This document shows, in pieces, positions 1 through 10,486 of a stretch of DNA of 64,000 nt. The notes below the pieces were generated by a model. It saw nothing but the letters and a program-made list of their open reading frames with translations. It was not told the origin of the DNA and did not search any database. Each line of letters begins with the position of its first letter. The stretch's first letter is position 1. Both the position numbers and the translations under genes were made by a program. Source of the stretch: an uncultured Gemmatimonadales bacterium (GTDB lineage Bacteria; Gemmatimonadota; Gemmatimonadetes; Longimicrobiales; RSA9); NCBI GenBank assembly GCA_963708135.1, contig OY970192.1, positions 3,584,001 to 3,648,000 on the forward strand, given 5' to 3'.

Positions 1-788
1 ATGCAGCCGAACACACCCGCGTACGCCACGGCGACGCCGCTCGGGATCGATACGTTGGCGAAGGGGGAGAAGCGGAGCGAGCCGGCGAGGGGTGTCTGCA
101 TCAGGTAGGCGGCGCGGCGCCAGAGCGACTCGGTGGGCATGACGAGGCTCGACCCGACGGCGAGCGCGACGATCTGGGCGCTGTGGGAGAAGCCGCTGAC
201 CTGCTCGAGCCACCCGCCCAGGAAGGCGACGCCCTGGAGCCCGAGGGCCAGCACGCCTGCGGTCAGCGTCGAGAACCAGGTGCCGAGCAGGAACGTGGTG
301 GCGAGGGCGACGAGGCACTCGAAGACGACGAGGGCGTAGCCCGCGAGCGGGTGCACGGGCGTGACGCCCGTGACCGCGTACGCGACGCCGATCGTTGCGG
401 CGAAGGTGATGGCGACGTAGGCGGCGGCCATGATCGCGAAGCCGAGATACTTGCCGGCGAGGATCTGCCAGCGGGCCATGGGCTTGGTGGCGATCGCCTG
501 GATGGTGCCCGAGCGGATCTCGCCGGCCAGGGTGTCGATCGAGGTGAGGATGGTGAGCACGACGGCGAGCAGGTCGCAGGTGTAGAGGCCGATCATCAGC
601 ATACCGGCCTCGACCTGATAGCGCACGAACGGTGACATGGGGCGGCCCTGGAACTCCTCCACCTGCAGGTGCAGCGCGAGGGCGAACACGCCGAGCAGCA
701 GGGCCGCGGCGAGGAGGGCCGTCCACACGATGCGGCGGCGGGACGCCTCGCGGATCGTCACGCCGGCCATGAGCGAGATGGCGTTCAC
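1..788 (-). CDS. ABC transporter permease (runs off window start)
   Basis: Manual translation from GTG 788: VNAISLMAGVTIREASRRRIVW...LAGEIRSGTIQAIATKPMARWQILAGKYLG, hydrophobic ABC-2-like pattern; start overlaps the ATPase stop. Confidence 0.85.
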   Translation of the reverse strand, partial: MNAISLMAGVTIREASRRRIVWTALLAAALLLGVFALALHLQVEEFQGRPMSPFVRYQVEAGMLMIGLYTCDLLAVVLTILTSIDTLAGEIRSGTIQAIATKPMARWQILAGKYLGFAIMAAAYVAITFAATIGVAYAVTGVTPVHPLAGYALVVFECLVALATTFLLGTWFSTLTAGVLALGLQGVAFLGGWLEQVSGFSHSAQIVALAVGSSLVMPTESLWRRAAYLMQTPLAGSLRFSPFANVSIPSGVAVAYAGVFGC

Positions 789-1702
789 CGGCCGCCGTCC
801 TCTCCGATGAGCGAGACGAAGACCTCCTCGAGCGAGACGCGCTCGCGGGTCAACTGGAACACATCGGCGCCGGCGTTCACGAGGTGGCGAACGACGTGAG
901 GCAGCTCGTCCTCGGAGCGCACGCTGAAGCGGAGCGCATCCGCCTCCTGCTCGGTCTTCTCGGTCCACGCGGCGAGCCCGGCAACGGCCTCGGGCGAGAG
1001 GTTTCGCGCGTGGACGGCCACCCGCACGCTCTCCTGCCACTCGTCGGCGATGCCGCGCGTGGCCACGACCTCGCCCGCCTTGATGAAGGCGACGCGGTCG
1101 CAGGTGACCTCGATCTCGCTGAGCAGGTGCGAGTTGAGGAACACGGTCGCGCCGCGCTCGCGCTCGGCGCGCAGCACGTCGCGTACGAGGCGGCGCCCCA
1201 TCGGGTCCAGGCCGGAGGTCGGCTCGTCGAGGAAGAGCAGCCGCGGCTCGTGCACGATCGCTTGGGCCAGCCCGACGCGCTGGAGCATGCCCTTGCTGAA
1301 CGTTCGGAGCTGGCGGTCACTGTGGGCCAGCAGCCCGACGCGCTCGAGGACCCGGGGCACCCGCGCGTGCAGCGTGGCGGCGGACAGCCCGGCGAGGCGA
1401 CCGTGGAGGCGGACGAGCTCCGTCGCCGTGAGCCACTCGTAGAAGCGGAAGTCCTCGGGCAGGAACCCGATCTCCCGCCGCACGGCGACGTTGCCCAGCG
1501 GCGCGCCGAGCACGCGGCCGTCGCCGGCAGTCGGCCGAATGAGGCCGAGCAGCATCTTGAGCGAGGTGCTCTTGCCGGCGCCATTGGCGCCGAGGAAGCC
1601 GAAGATCTCGCCTTCCCGGACCTCGAGCGAGAGGTGGCGCACGGCCACGTGCGCGCCGAAGCGCTTGCCCAGCCCGTGCGTCTCGATCGCGTGTCCCGTC
1701 AC
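785..1702 (-). CDS. ABC transporter ATP-binding protein
   Basis: Walker A GANGAGKS, signature FSKGM, Walker B LFLDEPT, H-loop; GTG start after GGAGG. Confidence 0.95.
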   Translation of the reverse strand: MTGHAIETHGLGKRFGAHVAVRHLSLEVREGEIFGFLGANGAGKSTSLKMLLGLIRPTAGDGRVLGAPLGNVAVRREIGFLPEDFRFYEWLTATELVRLHGRLAGLSAATLHARVPRVLERVGLLAHSDRQLRTFSKGMLQRVGLAQAIVHEPRLLFLDEPTSGLDPMGRRLVRDVLRAERERGATVFLNSHLLSEIEVTCDRVAFIKAGEVVATRGIADEWQESVRVAVHARNLSPEAVAGLAAWTEKTEQEADALRFSVRSEDELPHVVRHLVNAGADVFQLTRERVSLEEVFVSLIGEDGGR

Positions 1703-1715
1703 ATCGCCTCCACGC

Positions 1716-2654
1716 TCAGCGGATGGACTGCGCCAGCGGTACCGCGTCGCTCGCGCTGCCGTAGCCGGCCAGGGTGTAGACCCGCCCGTCATTCTGCCAG
1801 ATGAGCTCCCACGCCGGGCCGCGCCGGCCGCCCGTGTCGAGCAGCATCGCCGGCCGCGCGCCCACCTTCACGGCCTCGTAGGAGCGGATGAAACGGGGCA
1901 TGCGGAGAGCGAGCGCGCCGCGCCAGTCGAGCGTCTTCTGGAACGCGGTGGCCTCGACCGGGCTCAACCCTGCGATCTCGAGGGCGATCCCGGTGAGGCC
2001 GGGCATGTCGAGTCCGGCCGGCGGCGTGCCGGTGACCGGGCGGCGCTCGACGAGGACCACGCAGTCGCCGCTCTCGGAGGTTGGCGCCCCGTAGGCCACG
2101 AGATGGTCGCGCAGCGTCTCTCCTGCGGCGACCGGGCAGTGGCCGTAGCGCGCGCGGATGGCGGCGGGCGTGCGCAGCTCGAGGCTGGCCCCATCGATGC
2201 CGGCGGGCACGGCCATGTCGCGCCAACCGGCCTCGACCAGGATGGTGCGGAGCCGGCCCGCGTCGACCGGGATCGTGACGGTTCGGGCGCCCTCGACCTC
2301 GAGCTGCGGCGGGTCGGAGCGGGCGGCGGGAAGCGCGGGGGTGAAGCCGGTGAGGCGGGTGGCGGCGGCGACGTCGCCTGCGGTGGTATCGGGCTCGGCC
2401 GAGTCGACGCGCACGGTGTCCGCGAGCATCGAGGCGACCGCGTCCTGGAGGCGGTGGGTGCCGGCCGGTCCGGAGAAGGCGGGGATGCTGACGCTCACCG
2501 CCGCCGGCCGCGCGATGCGGAGCGAGGCGAAGAAGCGGTGGCATACCCGCCCGCCCGCGGCCGTGATGCTCAGCCAGACGAGCGCCCCGAGCGGGGCGAT
2601 CCAGAGCCAGAACCGCCCCGTGCGGGCGGCGGAGTGCTGCGGCCCGGTGGTCAT
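1716..2654 (-). CDS. Membrane-anchored hypothetical protein, first gene of the ABC operon
   Basis: 312-aa ORF with N-terminal hydrophobic helix; co-oriented with ABC genes; preceded by the putative ECF promoter. Confidence 0.7.
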   Translation of the reverse strand: MTTGPQHSAARTGRFWLWIAPLGALVWLSITAAGGRVCHRFFASLRIARPAAVSVSIPAFSGPAGTHRLQDAVASMLADTVRVDSAEPDTTAGDVAAATRLTGFTPALPAARSDPPQLEVEGARTVTIPVDAGRLRTILVEAGWRDMAVPAGIDGASLELRTPAAIRARYGHCPVAAGETLRDHLVAYGAPTSESGDCVVLVERRPVTGTPPAGLDMPGLTGIALEIAGLSPVEATAFQKTLDWRGALALRMPRFIRSYEAVKVGARPAMLLDTGGRRGPAWELIWQNDGRVYTLAGYGSASDAVPLAQSIR

Positions 2655-3496
2655 GGCAAACCTCGGGAACAGTGCGCCGACGGCGATGTCGCTTTTGAAA
2701 CGAGCGCGCGAGGGGCCTGAATTGTGACAGGTGTGCCCAAGGGGGCGGCCTCGACGCGTCCCGTCAGGCGTTCTGCGCCGTCAGGCGGACTGCGCCGGTG
2801 GTGTGGCTCATGGTCCCCTTGCTGGAGCCAGGCCGGCAGCGCAGCGATGTCGGGCAGCAGCACCGTGTGCGGCTCCAGGTCGAGGCGCGCGTGGTCGTGC
2901 GCGCCGGAGAGGACGCCGACGAGGCAGCCGGCGCCCGCCGCGTGGCCGGCCTGGAGATCCGCCGTCGTGTCGCCGACGACGGCGACGCGTGCCGGATCGG
3001 CGCAGCCGACGAGCTCCATGGCGCGGAGCACGAGGTCCGGGTGCGGTCGTCCGCGGGCCACATCGTCCGCGCACACAGAGCCGCTCAGCGGTCCCGGATC
3101 GCAGCCGACACGCGCGAGCAGCCAGGCGATGAGCGCCCGGTCGAAGCCGGTCGTCAAGACCACCGGGAGGTTCTTCGAGCGCAGCCAGAGAAGCGCTTCG
3201 CCCGCGCCCGGCAGTGGCCGCACCGCCGAGAGCTCGTCCTCGAGCTCACGCCTGAAGCGCTCGAAAATGCGGGCGCTCAGATCCTCCGGGTCCGCGGCCG
3301 CTGGCGCGGCGTGCCGCACCAGCGCCGCGACAGCCTCACGCTTGGACCGCCCGTGCACGGCGGCGATCTCCTCGCGCGAGACGCTTAGCCCGTGTTCGCC
3401 GAACGCGCGCTCCAGCGCCGCGGGCACGGCGCCGCCGACGTCCAGCGTGGTGCCGGCCGCGTCGACGACGACCAGATCGAGTCGCTCCTTCAGCAT
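2651..3496 (-). CDS. HAD-superfamily phosphonatase-like hydrolase
   Basis: Motif I variant DAAGTT, LTTGF, GRPHPD, VGDTTAD; the last ~50 aa look like read-through. Confidence 0.85.
   Translation of the reverse strand: MLKERLDLVVVDAAGTTLDVGGAVPAALERAFGEHGLSVSREEIAAVHGRSKREAVAALVRHAAPAAADPEDLSARIFERFRRELEDELSAVRPLPGAGEALLWLRSKNLPVVLTTGFDRALIAWLLARVGCDPGPLSGSVCADDVARGRPHPDLVLRAMELVGCADPARVAVVGDTTADLQAGHAAGAGCLVGVLSGAHDHARLDLEPHTVLLPDIAALPAWLQQGDHEPHHRRSPPDGAERLTGRVEAAPLGTPVTIQAPRALVSKATSPSAHCSRGLP
2700..2728 (-). promoter_or_regulatory. Putative ECF sigma promoter (GTCACAA-N14-GCGCTCGT)
   Basis: Matches the four copies flanking the ECF loci; about 45 bp upstream of the ATG at 2654. Confidence 0.6.
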
Positions 3497-3564
3497 GTGC
3501 AGGGGCCCCCGCGGGCGTCGGCCGCAGAGTCGCGCATGGCGGCCCTGCGGCACGGTCCCGCCGC

Positions 3565-4212
3565 TCAGTTCTTCTCGTGCTGCACGGCCAGCACCTTCCC
3601 GGTGTGGGCATCCACGTTGACCTCCTGGATGCCCGCCCGGCCGGGCACGACAAACTCGAAGGAGTAGATCAGACGACCGTTCTCGTTCTCCAGCTCGTGG
3701 TCCCTCACCCGCCCGTTCGGCACCCGCGCGGCCGCGATGGCGCGTGCCCGGGCCTCCGCGATCCGCGCGCCGCGGCGCAGTGCGGCCTGGCCGCCTTCGG
3801 GGGCCACGCCGCGCTCGGCGGCTTCGGCGTGCTCGCCGGTCTCGGCCTTCTCGCCGGGCACCGCACGCTCGCGCCGCTCACCGGATTCCGCCCGCCCCGC
3901 GGTCTCCTCCCGCGCCTCGCGCGTCTCCCCGGCGGCGCCCTCGTGCTGTACGCCCAGGAACTTGCCCGTATTCGCGTCCACGTGCGCCTCCTCGATTCCG
4001 CTCCTGCCCGGAACGACAATGTCGTAGGAGTAGATCAGATGGCCGCTTTCGCGCTCCAGCTCCTCGGAGCGGACATGGCCACCCGGCACGCGCGCCAGGG
4101 CAGTGGCGCGGGCCCGGGCCTCCGGCACCTTCGCTGCCTGCTGCGCGTGCAGGCCCGCCGCAGCCGCGGCGGCGGCAATCAGCGACAAGGACATCACCTT
4201 CATCGGATTCAT
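3565..4212 (-). CDS. Secreted protein with two PepSY domains
   Basis: Signal peptide; two repeats of ARA.A.ARVP.G.V...ELE.E.G.LIYS. Confidence 0.9.
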   Translation of the reverse strand: MNPMKVMSLSLIAAAAAAAGLHAQQAAKVPEARARATALARVPGGHVRSEELERESGHLIYSYDIVVPGRSGIEEAHVDANTGKFLGVQHEGAAGETREAREETAGRAESGERRERAVPGEKAETGEHAEAAERGVAPEGGQAALRRGARIAEARARAIAAARVPNGRVRDHELENENGRLIYSFEFVVPGRAGIQEVNVDAHTGKVLAVQHEKN

Positions 4213-4309
4213 GATTCCTCCTCCATGGTTCCTGCCGGACCGACGGCGCTCCCGCCGGTCTCGCGTTAAACCTAGTCTCTGAATCCTCACAGCTCGTTAA
4301 CAGACAAGG

Positions 4310-5487
4310 TTAGCCGTGGGACGGGCTCTCCAGCGGGAGCGTGAAGGTGGCGACCGTGCCGCCCGCCGGCTCCCGCCTGAGCTCGACCGTGCCGCCGTGG
4401 GACTCCGCGATCCAGCGGGCGATCGGCAGGCCCAGCCCCGCGCCGGCGACCCGGCCCCGCGCTGGATCGGCCCGGTAGAACCGCTCGAACACGTGCGCCA
4501 GCGCCTCGTCCGAGATGCCGGGCCCGGTGTCCTCCACCGAGACCCGGCCGGTACCGTCGGCGTGCTCGCAGCGCAGCCGGATGACTCCGCCCTCCGGAGT
4601 GAACTTGATGGCGTTGTCGAGGAGGATCATCACGAGCCGGCGGAGCAGCTCGGGGTCACCGCGGACGGGGAGCTCGTCGAGCGCGTCGATGTCCAGCCGG
4701 ACGTGCCGCTCCTCCGCCAGGACGCGCGCGCCCGACGCGGCGTCCAGCAGCACGTCGTCGAGGAACAGCGACTCGCGGCGCTGCGGCCACGCGCCCGCGT
4801 CGGCCGTGGCCAGCGTGAGCACGTTGGAGAGGATGCCGCGCAGCCGCTCGGCCTCGGCCCCGATGGCCGTGAGGGAGTTGACGTACTCCTCCGGCGCCCG
4901 CGGGTGGCGCAGCGCGACATCCGTGTGCCCCTGTCGCGCGAGGATCCACCCGCCCAGGCCCGCCAGCAGAAGCGCGGCGGTGGCGGCCGCCGCGAAGGCA
5001 AGCAGCAGCCCCGGGTACCGGTGCTCGATTTCCAGGGCCTGGACGCCCGCAACGACGATGCGGCGCTCGCCGCCGGCCAGCCGGATCGGCTCGGCGTACA
5101 GCCGCTCGGTCGTGCCGTCCGGAAGATCACGCTCGACCAGCTGCGGGGTGCCGGACGCCACACTCGCTGCGACGCGGCGGATCCACTCCGCCGCCGTGTC
5201 GGGGTGGAGCAGGGTCCCGTCCGCGCCGAAGACGTAGAGGGCGCGGTCGGGGATGCGGAGCTGCCTGACCGCTTCCGGCACAGTGCCGCCCTCGCCCTCT
5301 TCGTTCTCGCGCACCGCCTGGGTCAGCGCGGCCGCCGCCTTGCGCAGGGAGCGCCCCAGCTGCCGCGAGGATTCTCGCGCGACGGCGCCCAGCAAGGCGG
5401 CGCCGAAGGCTACCAGCAGCACCGCGAAAAACGCCGATGTACCACGCGGTCAACCGAAGGCGCAGGCGCCGAAGCCCCTTCGATCAT
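4310..5487 (-). pseudogene. Sensor histidine kinase with two N-terminal frameshifts and an in-frame loss of the H-box region
   Basis: N, G1, F and G2 boxes present (LLDNAIKF, DTGPG, FERF, GAGLGL); TM2 is joined directly to QGHTDVALR with no HELRTP motif. Confidence 0.8.
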
Positions 5488-6035
5488 GCGCCGAACCTGT
5501 ACCCGGCGCCGCGGAGCGTGTGGATGAGCGGTGGCGAGCCGTCCGGGTCGATCTTGCGGCGCAGCCGCGCGATGAGCATCTCCAGCGCGTTGGAGAACGG
5601 GTCGTGGTTCTCGTCCCATACGTACTGCGGAGATCCACCTCCAGGTCCTCGAGCCGGAAGAGGTCCGGCGCCAGCTCCGGCGGGCGCCGCGCCAGAGCCC
5701 GGACACGCGCGAGCAGCTCGCGGAAGTCGAAGGGCTTCGTCAGGTAATCAGGCCCCACTCTCCAGCCCCTCCACCCGATCCGGCACGGCGTCCCGCGCCG
5801 TGAGCATCAGGATCGGCGTCCGGATCCCCTGCGCCCGGACGTAGCGGCACAGCTCGAAGCCGCTGCCGCCGGGGAGCAGGATATCCAGCACGACGACGTC
5901 GTAGTTCCCCATCACGGCGCGGCGCCGCCCCTGGCGGTACGCCGCGGCCGTCTCCGTCTCGATGCCCTCGTCGGCCAGCCCGCGCTCGAGAACGCGAAGC
6001 AGCTCCGGGTCGTCCTCGATGATCAGCACACGCAT
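5484..6035 (-). pseudogene. OmpR-family response regulator, frameshifted and internally deleted
   Basis: MRVLIIEDD...LDILLPG...LTARD, stop at ESGA; DYLTKPF in a second frame; VWDE...TLRGAGY in a third; middle of the winged helix missing. Confidence 0.85.
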
Positions 6036-6088
6036 GTTGGCCCTCGCGCCGCCCAGGCCGGCGCGCGCCGGCCCGGCGGCGCGCCGGA

Positions 6089-7126
6089 TCAGTGGCTCGG
6101 GTCGATCACCATGAGCTGGAACGTGCCCGGCACCATGTCCGGGCGCCGGCGCTGGCCGGCCGGAAGCGGCTTGAACTGCGCGCTGACCGTGTACAGCCGG
6201 TGCGTGCGCAGGTCGATGCCCATGGTGCGCGCGCCGCGCATCGTCTGGATGGTCTGCACGACATGGTACTTGTTCGGCGTGTCCTCGTGCACGACGGTGA
6301 TGGTGCCGTCGCCGTTCGAGGCGAAGGCGTTGCCTGTGGCCGGGTCGAAGCGGGCGGCGTCCACGCCGGCGCCGATCGGTGCGGTTGCGACGACCTTGCC
6401 GGCGTTGAGGTCCGACACCGCCATGAGCTTGCTGTGGCAGACGCTGAACGCGCGGTGGTGCTGCACGTCGATGGCGAGCCCGCTGGGGCTCTCGCACGGC
6501 GCGAGCGACCAGCGCCGCGTGACCTTCATGGCGTTGGCGTCGATCTCGACCAGCTCGCTCGTGGACTCGATGTTCGCGTAGAGCTTGCCGTTGCCGGCCG
6601 TGACGCCGAACTCCGGCTTGCCGCCGAGCGGGATGTTGGTGATCCGCTTCCCGGTGGTCGCGTCGATGGCCGAGGCCGAGTTGGCATCGCCGTTGAAGGT
6701 GAAGACGCGGCGGGAGGCCGGGTCGTACAGGATCGCATCGTCATCCACCGCGGCGGTCGTCGTTCCCAGTGGCTTCAGCGTCCCGAGATCGAACATCGTG
6801 ACCGTGCTGTCCCGGCCCGAGCTGACGAAGCCGTGACCGGTGCCATAGTCGAGCGCCACGCCGTGCGCGCGCTGGAGCCCCGGGATCTCGCCCAGCACCT
6901 TCCCCGAATTCTCGTCCATGACCACGGCGCGGTCGCCGCGCGTGACGAAGATCCGGTTGCGCGCGGTATCGACGGTGATGTAGTCCCACCCCCCGTCGCC
7001 TCCGACCGTGATGTGGCGGGCGACGTGGTACGGCGCTGCCTGAGCGGCAGCCAGCGCGGGCAGCAACGCCAGCGCCAGGGCGAGTGGAGCGGCGGTACGG
7101 AGCGAGCGCTTCAGGTGCATCGGCAT
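6089..7126 (-). CDS. YncE/YVTN-like beta-propeller secreted protein
   Basis: Signal peptide, GGDGGWDY start motif, propeller repeats, GARTM near C-terminus. Confidence 0.9.
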   Translation of the reverse strand: MPMHLKRSLRTAAPLALALALLPALAAAQAAPYHVARHITVGGDGGWDYITVDTARNRIFVTRGDRAVVMDENSGKVLGEIPGLQRAHGVALDYGTGHGFVSSGRDSTVTMFDLGTLKPLGTTTAAVDDDAILYDPASRRVFTFNGDANSASAIDATTGKRITNIPLGGKPEFGVTAGNGKLYANIESTSELVEIDANAMKVTRRWSLAPCESPSGLAIDVQHHRAFSVCHSKLMAVSDLNAGKVVATAPIGAGVDAARFDPATGNAFASNGDGTITVVHEDTPNKYHVVQTIQTMRGARTMGIDLRTHRLYTVSAQFKPLPAGQRRRPDMVPGTFQLMVIDPSH

Positions 7127-7222
7127 TGACGACCTCCATGGATGGGATGGAACGCGCAACCGCCACAAAGCGGTGTTCGGGGCACGGTCGGGCCGGGCCG
7201 CGACGGTGTGGACACGGCGGTG

Positions 7223-7804
7223 TCAGCGCTCGCCGGCCGGCGGCGGCTCGTCGGGGTCTCCGCTGCCCGCTGGGCCAGAGCGGCGGAACAGGGCCGGGAA
7301 CAGCCGGGTGCTGACCACGAGCAGCGCGATCCACATGAGCCCGGCGAGCCAGCCGGCGAGCACGTCCGAGGGATAGTGCACATCAACGTACACCCGCGAA
7401 ACGCCGATCGCGATGGCGAGCAGCGCGGCGAGCGCGGCGAAGCCCCAGATGAGACGCCGCAGCCGCAGCGATGCCAGCCGCCCGGCGAGGAGCGCAATGG
7501 TTCCGTACGTCACGGCAGAATCGAGCGCGTGGCCGGAGGGGAACGAGGACGTGAACGCACTGGCGAGCCGGGGAATGATCGTGGGTCGCGGGCGATGGAA
7601 GGCGTGCTTCAGGATCATCCCGAGCGCTGCGAAGGCAAAGAGCGCCGCGGCGGCGACGGCGAACCCGGCCAGTGGAAAGAGTAGAAGCCCGCGATAGGGG
7701 CCGCCGCCGCCGCGCCGCGCGGCGCGCGCCAGGGCGGGCCCCACCCGGGTGCGGGCGGGGACGCCGTTCGGCCCATCGAGGCCTGGATCATTCATTCGCC
7801 TCAT
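7223..7804 (-). CDS. PAP2-family phosphatase, probably internally shortened
   Basis: KxxxxRPRP, SFPSGH, SRVYVDVHYPSD. Confidence 0.8.
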   Translation of the reverse strand: MRRMNDPGLDGPNGVPARTRVGPALARAARRGGGGPYRGLLLFPLAGFAVAAAALFAFAALGMILKHAFHRPRPTIIPRLASAFTSSFPSGHALDSAVTYGTIALLAGRLASLRLRRLIWGFAALAALLAIAIGVSRVYVDVHYPSDVLAGWLAGLMWIALLVVSTRLFPALFRRSGPAGSGDPDEPPPAGER

Positions 7805-7822
7805 CCTGTTCTCGCGCGGCCG

Positions 7823-8515
7823 CTACCTAGCCAGCCGGCCGTGCGGATCGAGCAAGCGGTACAGCCCGGGCAGCACGAGCAGCACAATGGGTCCGGACAG
7901 CACGAATCCGCCGATCACGGCGATGGCGAGCGGCTGCATGAGCTGCGCGCCCTGGCCGCGCACCCACAGGCCCTCCTTCTGCTTCGGCCTGCGCTTCTTC
8001 CACGGCGGCGCGACGAACGCATGCAGCGACACGGGGACAGCGATGAGCGCGATGACAAAGGAGACCACCAGCGTGATGGCCATGGTCAGCGCGAGCGGCT
8101 TGAAGAAGGCGCCGACCACGCCGGAGAGCAGTGCGAACGGCAGGAGGATCACGGTGGTCGAGAGGCTGGAGCCGATCAGCGCGGGCCGGATCTCGCGGAC
8201 GCTGAGGTCGGCGGGGTGCCCCGACTGGTGGGCCGGCATCTCGGGGTGCTCCTTCCACTCCTGCTCGCGCCGCTCGACATCCTCGATCACGACGATGGCA
8301 TCGTCCGCGATGAGCCCCAGCGCCGCGGCTACGCCGGCCAGCGTCATGAGGTTGATGGTCTGGCCGAGCGCGCCGAGGAAGAGCGCTACGATGGCGACGG
8401 TGATCGGGATCGCAACCACCGCGATGAGCGTGAGCTTCCACTTGCGCAGGAAGACGAACAGCACGAGTGCGGCGAGGAGGACGCCGATGATGATGGCGTC
8501 GCGCGTGCCGCCGAT
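7823..8515 (-). pseudogene. RND permease remnant (TM2-TM6 region plus last TM) fused in frame to the upstream adaptor
   Basis: INLMTLAG...GLIADDAIVVIE, FFKPLALT, QPLAIAVIGG motifs in about 230 aa; RND permeases are normally about 1000 aa. Confidence 0.8.
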
Positions 8516-9202
8516 CGTCATGCCGGCGCCGGAATCGGCGGGGAGCACTGTCTGGACGGTGCCGGGGATGGGCAGCGGCCGTCCGGTGAGCTCCACGCTC
8601 ACGCGCTCGCCGGCGTGGATGCGGGGGATATCCGACTGCGCGAGGTCGGCCATGAAGACGAGGGAGCCGGTGGCCGCGATGGTGACGATGCTGTCGCCCT
8701 GGGCGAGGTGCTCGCCGGGGCTCGCGGAGCGGTTGAGTACGACGCCGCCGGCCGGTGCCGTGAGCGGCGTCTCCACCAGGTTCTGCCGGGCGAGCGCGCG
8801 CGCGGCATCGCTGCGCTCGCTGGAGGTGCGCGCGGCGGCCTGCATCGAGAGCGCCCCCTGGAGCGCGGCGTAGCTGGTCTGCTCGACGATCGTCCCGAGT
8901 GTCTCGCCCGCCCGGACACGGTCTCCGGGCACGACGTGGAGCGTGGTCAGCACGCCGTTGAACGGTGCGCGGATCCGCTGCTCGCGCAGCACGTCGGTGG
9001 TGCCCGGGCCGCTGACCGTCACCGGCAGCGTGGCGATCTCGACGCGGGCCATCTGGACGGGCGTGGCGTTCGCGGCGCCGCTGGTGTCCGCGGCCGTGGT
9101 GTCGCGGACCGCACCGCCGCCCCCGGCTCCGCCCCCTCCTCCGCCGAAGCACGCGGGCAGCGCCGCCGCCAGCCAGAGCGCCGCCAGCGCGGCCCGCCTC
9201 AC
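8516..9202 (-). CDS. Efflux RND periplasmic adaptor (MFP) lipoprotein, C-terminally truncated
   Basis: Lipobox LPAC; IRAPFNGV...V.PGDRV.AG and LTAPAGGVV lipoyl motifs. Confidence 0.8.
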
Positions 9203-10486
9203 GGTGTCCCCCAGCGCACCCGCTGCGCCTCCGCCTGGCGGTAGTCCATGGCCGCCTGCGCGCGGGCGACCTCCGCGTCGATCCAGCCGCTGTAGGCGTC
9301 GAGCACCTCGAGCGCGGTGCCCGCGCCGCCGCGGTAGGTGGCCTCGGCCTCGAGGTAGGAGTCGCGCGCGATGGGGACGCTCTGCGCACGGAGCTGGTAG
9401 ACGCGGTAGAGGTCCTCCAGGTCCTCCACCGCGCGCGCCCAGTCGAGGCGAGCCTGGCGCCGGACCACGAGCAGCGAGTCCGCGGCCTGCCGCAGGGCCA
9501 GGCGGGCCTGCGCGAGCCGGGCGCGGTAGCCGCCGAAGTCGAAGAGGGGGAGTGAGAATCCGATCACCGCCTCGACGCCCCGCCCGGTGCCGGTGTTGAG
9601 CGGCGCCGGCTGCGGTCCGAAGGACGGCTCCCAGCCGAGGTTCGCCGAGGCCCAGAGCTGCGGCCGGCGCTCGGCGCGCGCCCGAAGAATGCCCTGGCGC
9701 GCGGCGGCGGTGTCCCACCCGGCGAGCAGCACGTCCGGCGTGCGCAGCCAGGGCTCGTCCACCGCAGGCTGCGGCGGCCCGGGCGTGGGCAGCGGCACGA
9801 CCTCCAGATCGGCGCGCGGGTCGCGGCCCATCAGCGCGTTGAGCTCGACCTCGGCTTCGTCGAAGAGGCGCTCGGCGTCGGCGATGTTGGCCTCCTCCGC
9901 GGCCACGCGCGTGCGCGTGCGCAGCACGTCCGCGGCGACGCCCTCTCCCGCTGCCTGCCTCGCTTCGAGCCATATGAGGTAGCTGCGCAAGCGGACGATG
10001 CCCTCGCTGCGGATGACCACTTCGCGCTCGTAGCGCAGCGCCTCCGCGAAGCGCAGCTTGACCTGCAGCGCGACGTCCTTCTGCGCGACCCGGTAGCCCC
10101 CCGAGGCCGAGCGGTACCGGTACGCGGCGATCCGGCGGCCGGCGCGGACGGCGCCGCCGGCGTAGAGCGTGTCGGCGGCCACGAGCTGGAGCCGGGCATC
10201 GCTGGAGGCGTACGTCGCCGGCGCGCCTCCGTGCAGATCGCCGTCCACATAGACGCCGGGGTACAGGCGGCTGCGCGCCGCGCGCATCCCCCTGCCGCGC
10301 AATGAGCACGCCGGTGGCGGCAACCGGGAGGCTCGCGTTGTGCGCCTCGGCGCGGGCGAGCGCGTCCGCCAGCGTGAGGCGCAGCGGCGTCCCGGCCTCC
10401 TGCTGCGCCCCGAGGCCGGCCGCCGCCGTGAGCAGCGCCAGCGCCGCGGCGGCCGTGCCGCGGCCCAGCCCGCGAACCGCCGCCAT
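9199..10486 (-). pseudogene. TolC-family outer-membrane protein with one frameshift near 10290
   Basis: Signal peptide and LTLADALARA in one frame, the rest (SLPLFDFG, YRGGAGTALEVLDA) in another; break at a G5 run. Confidence 0.85.
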
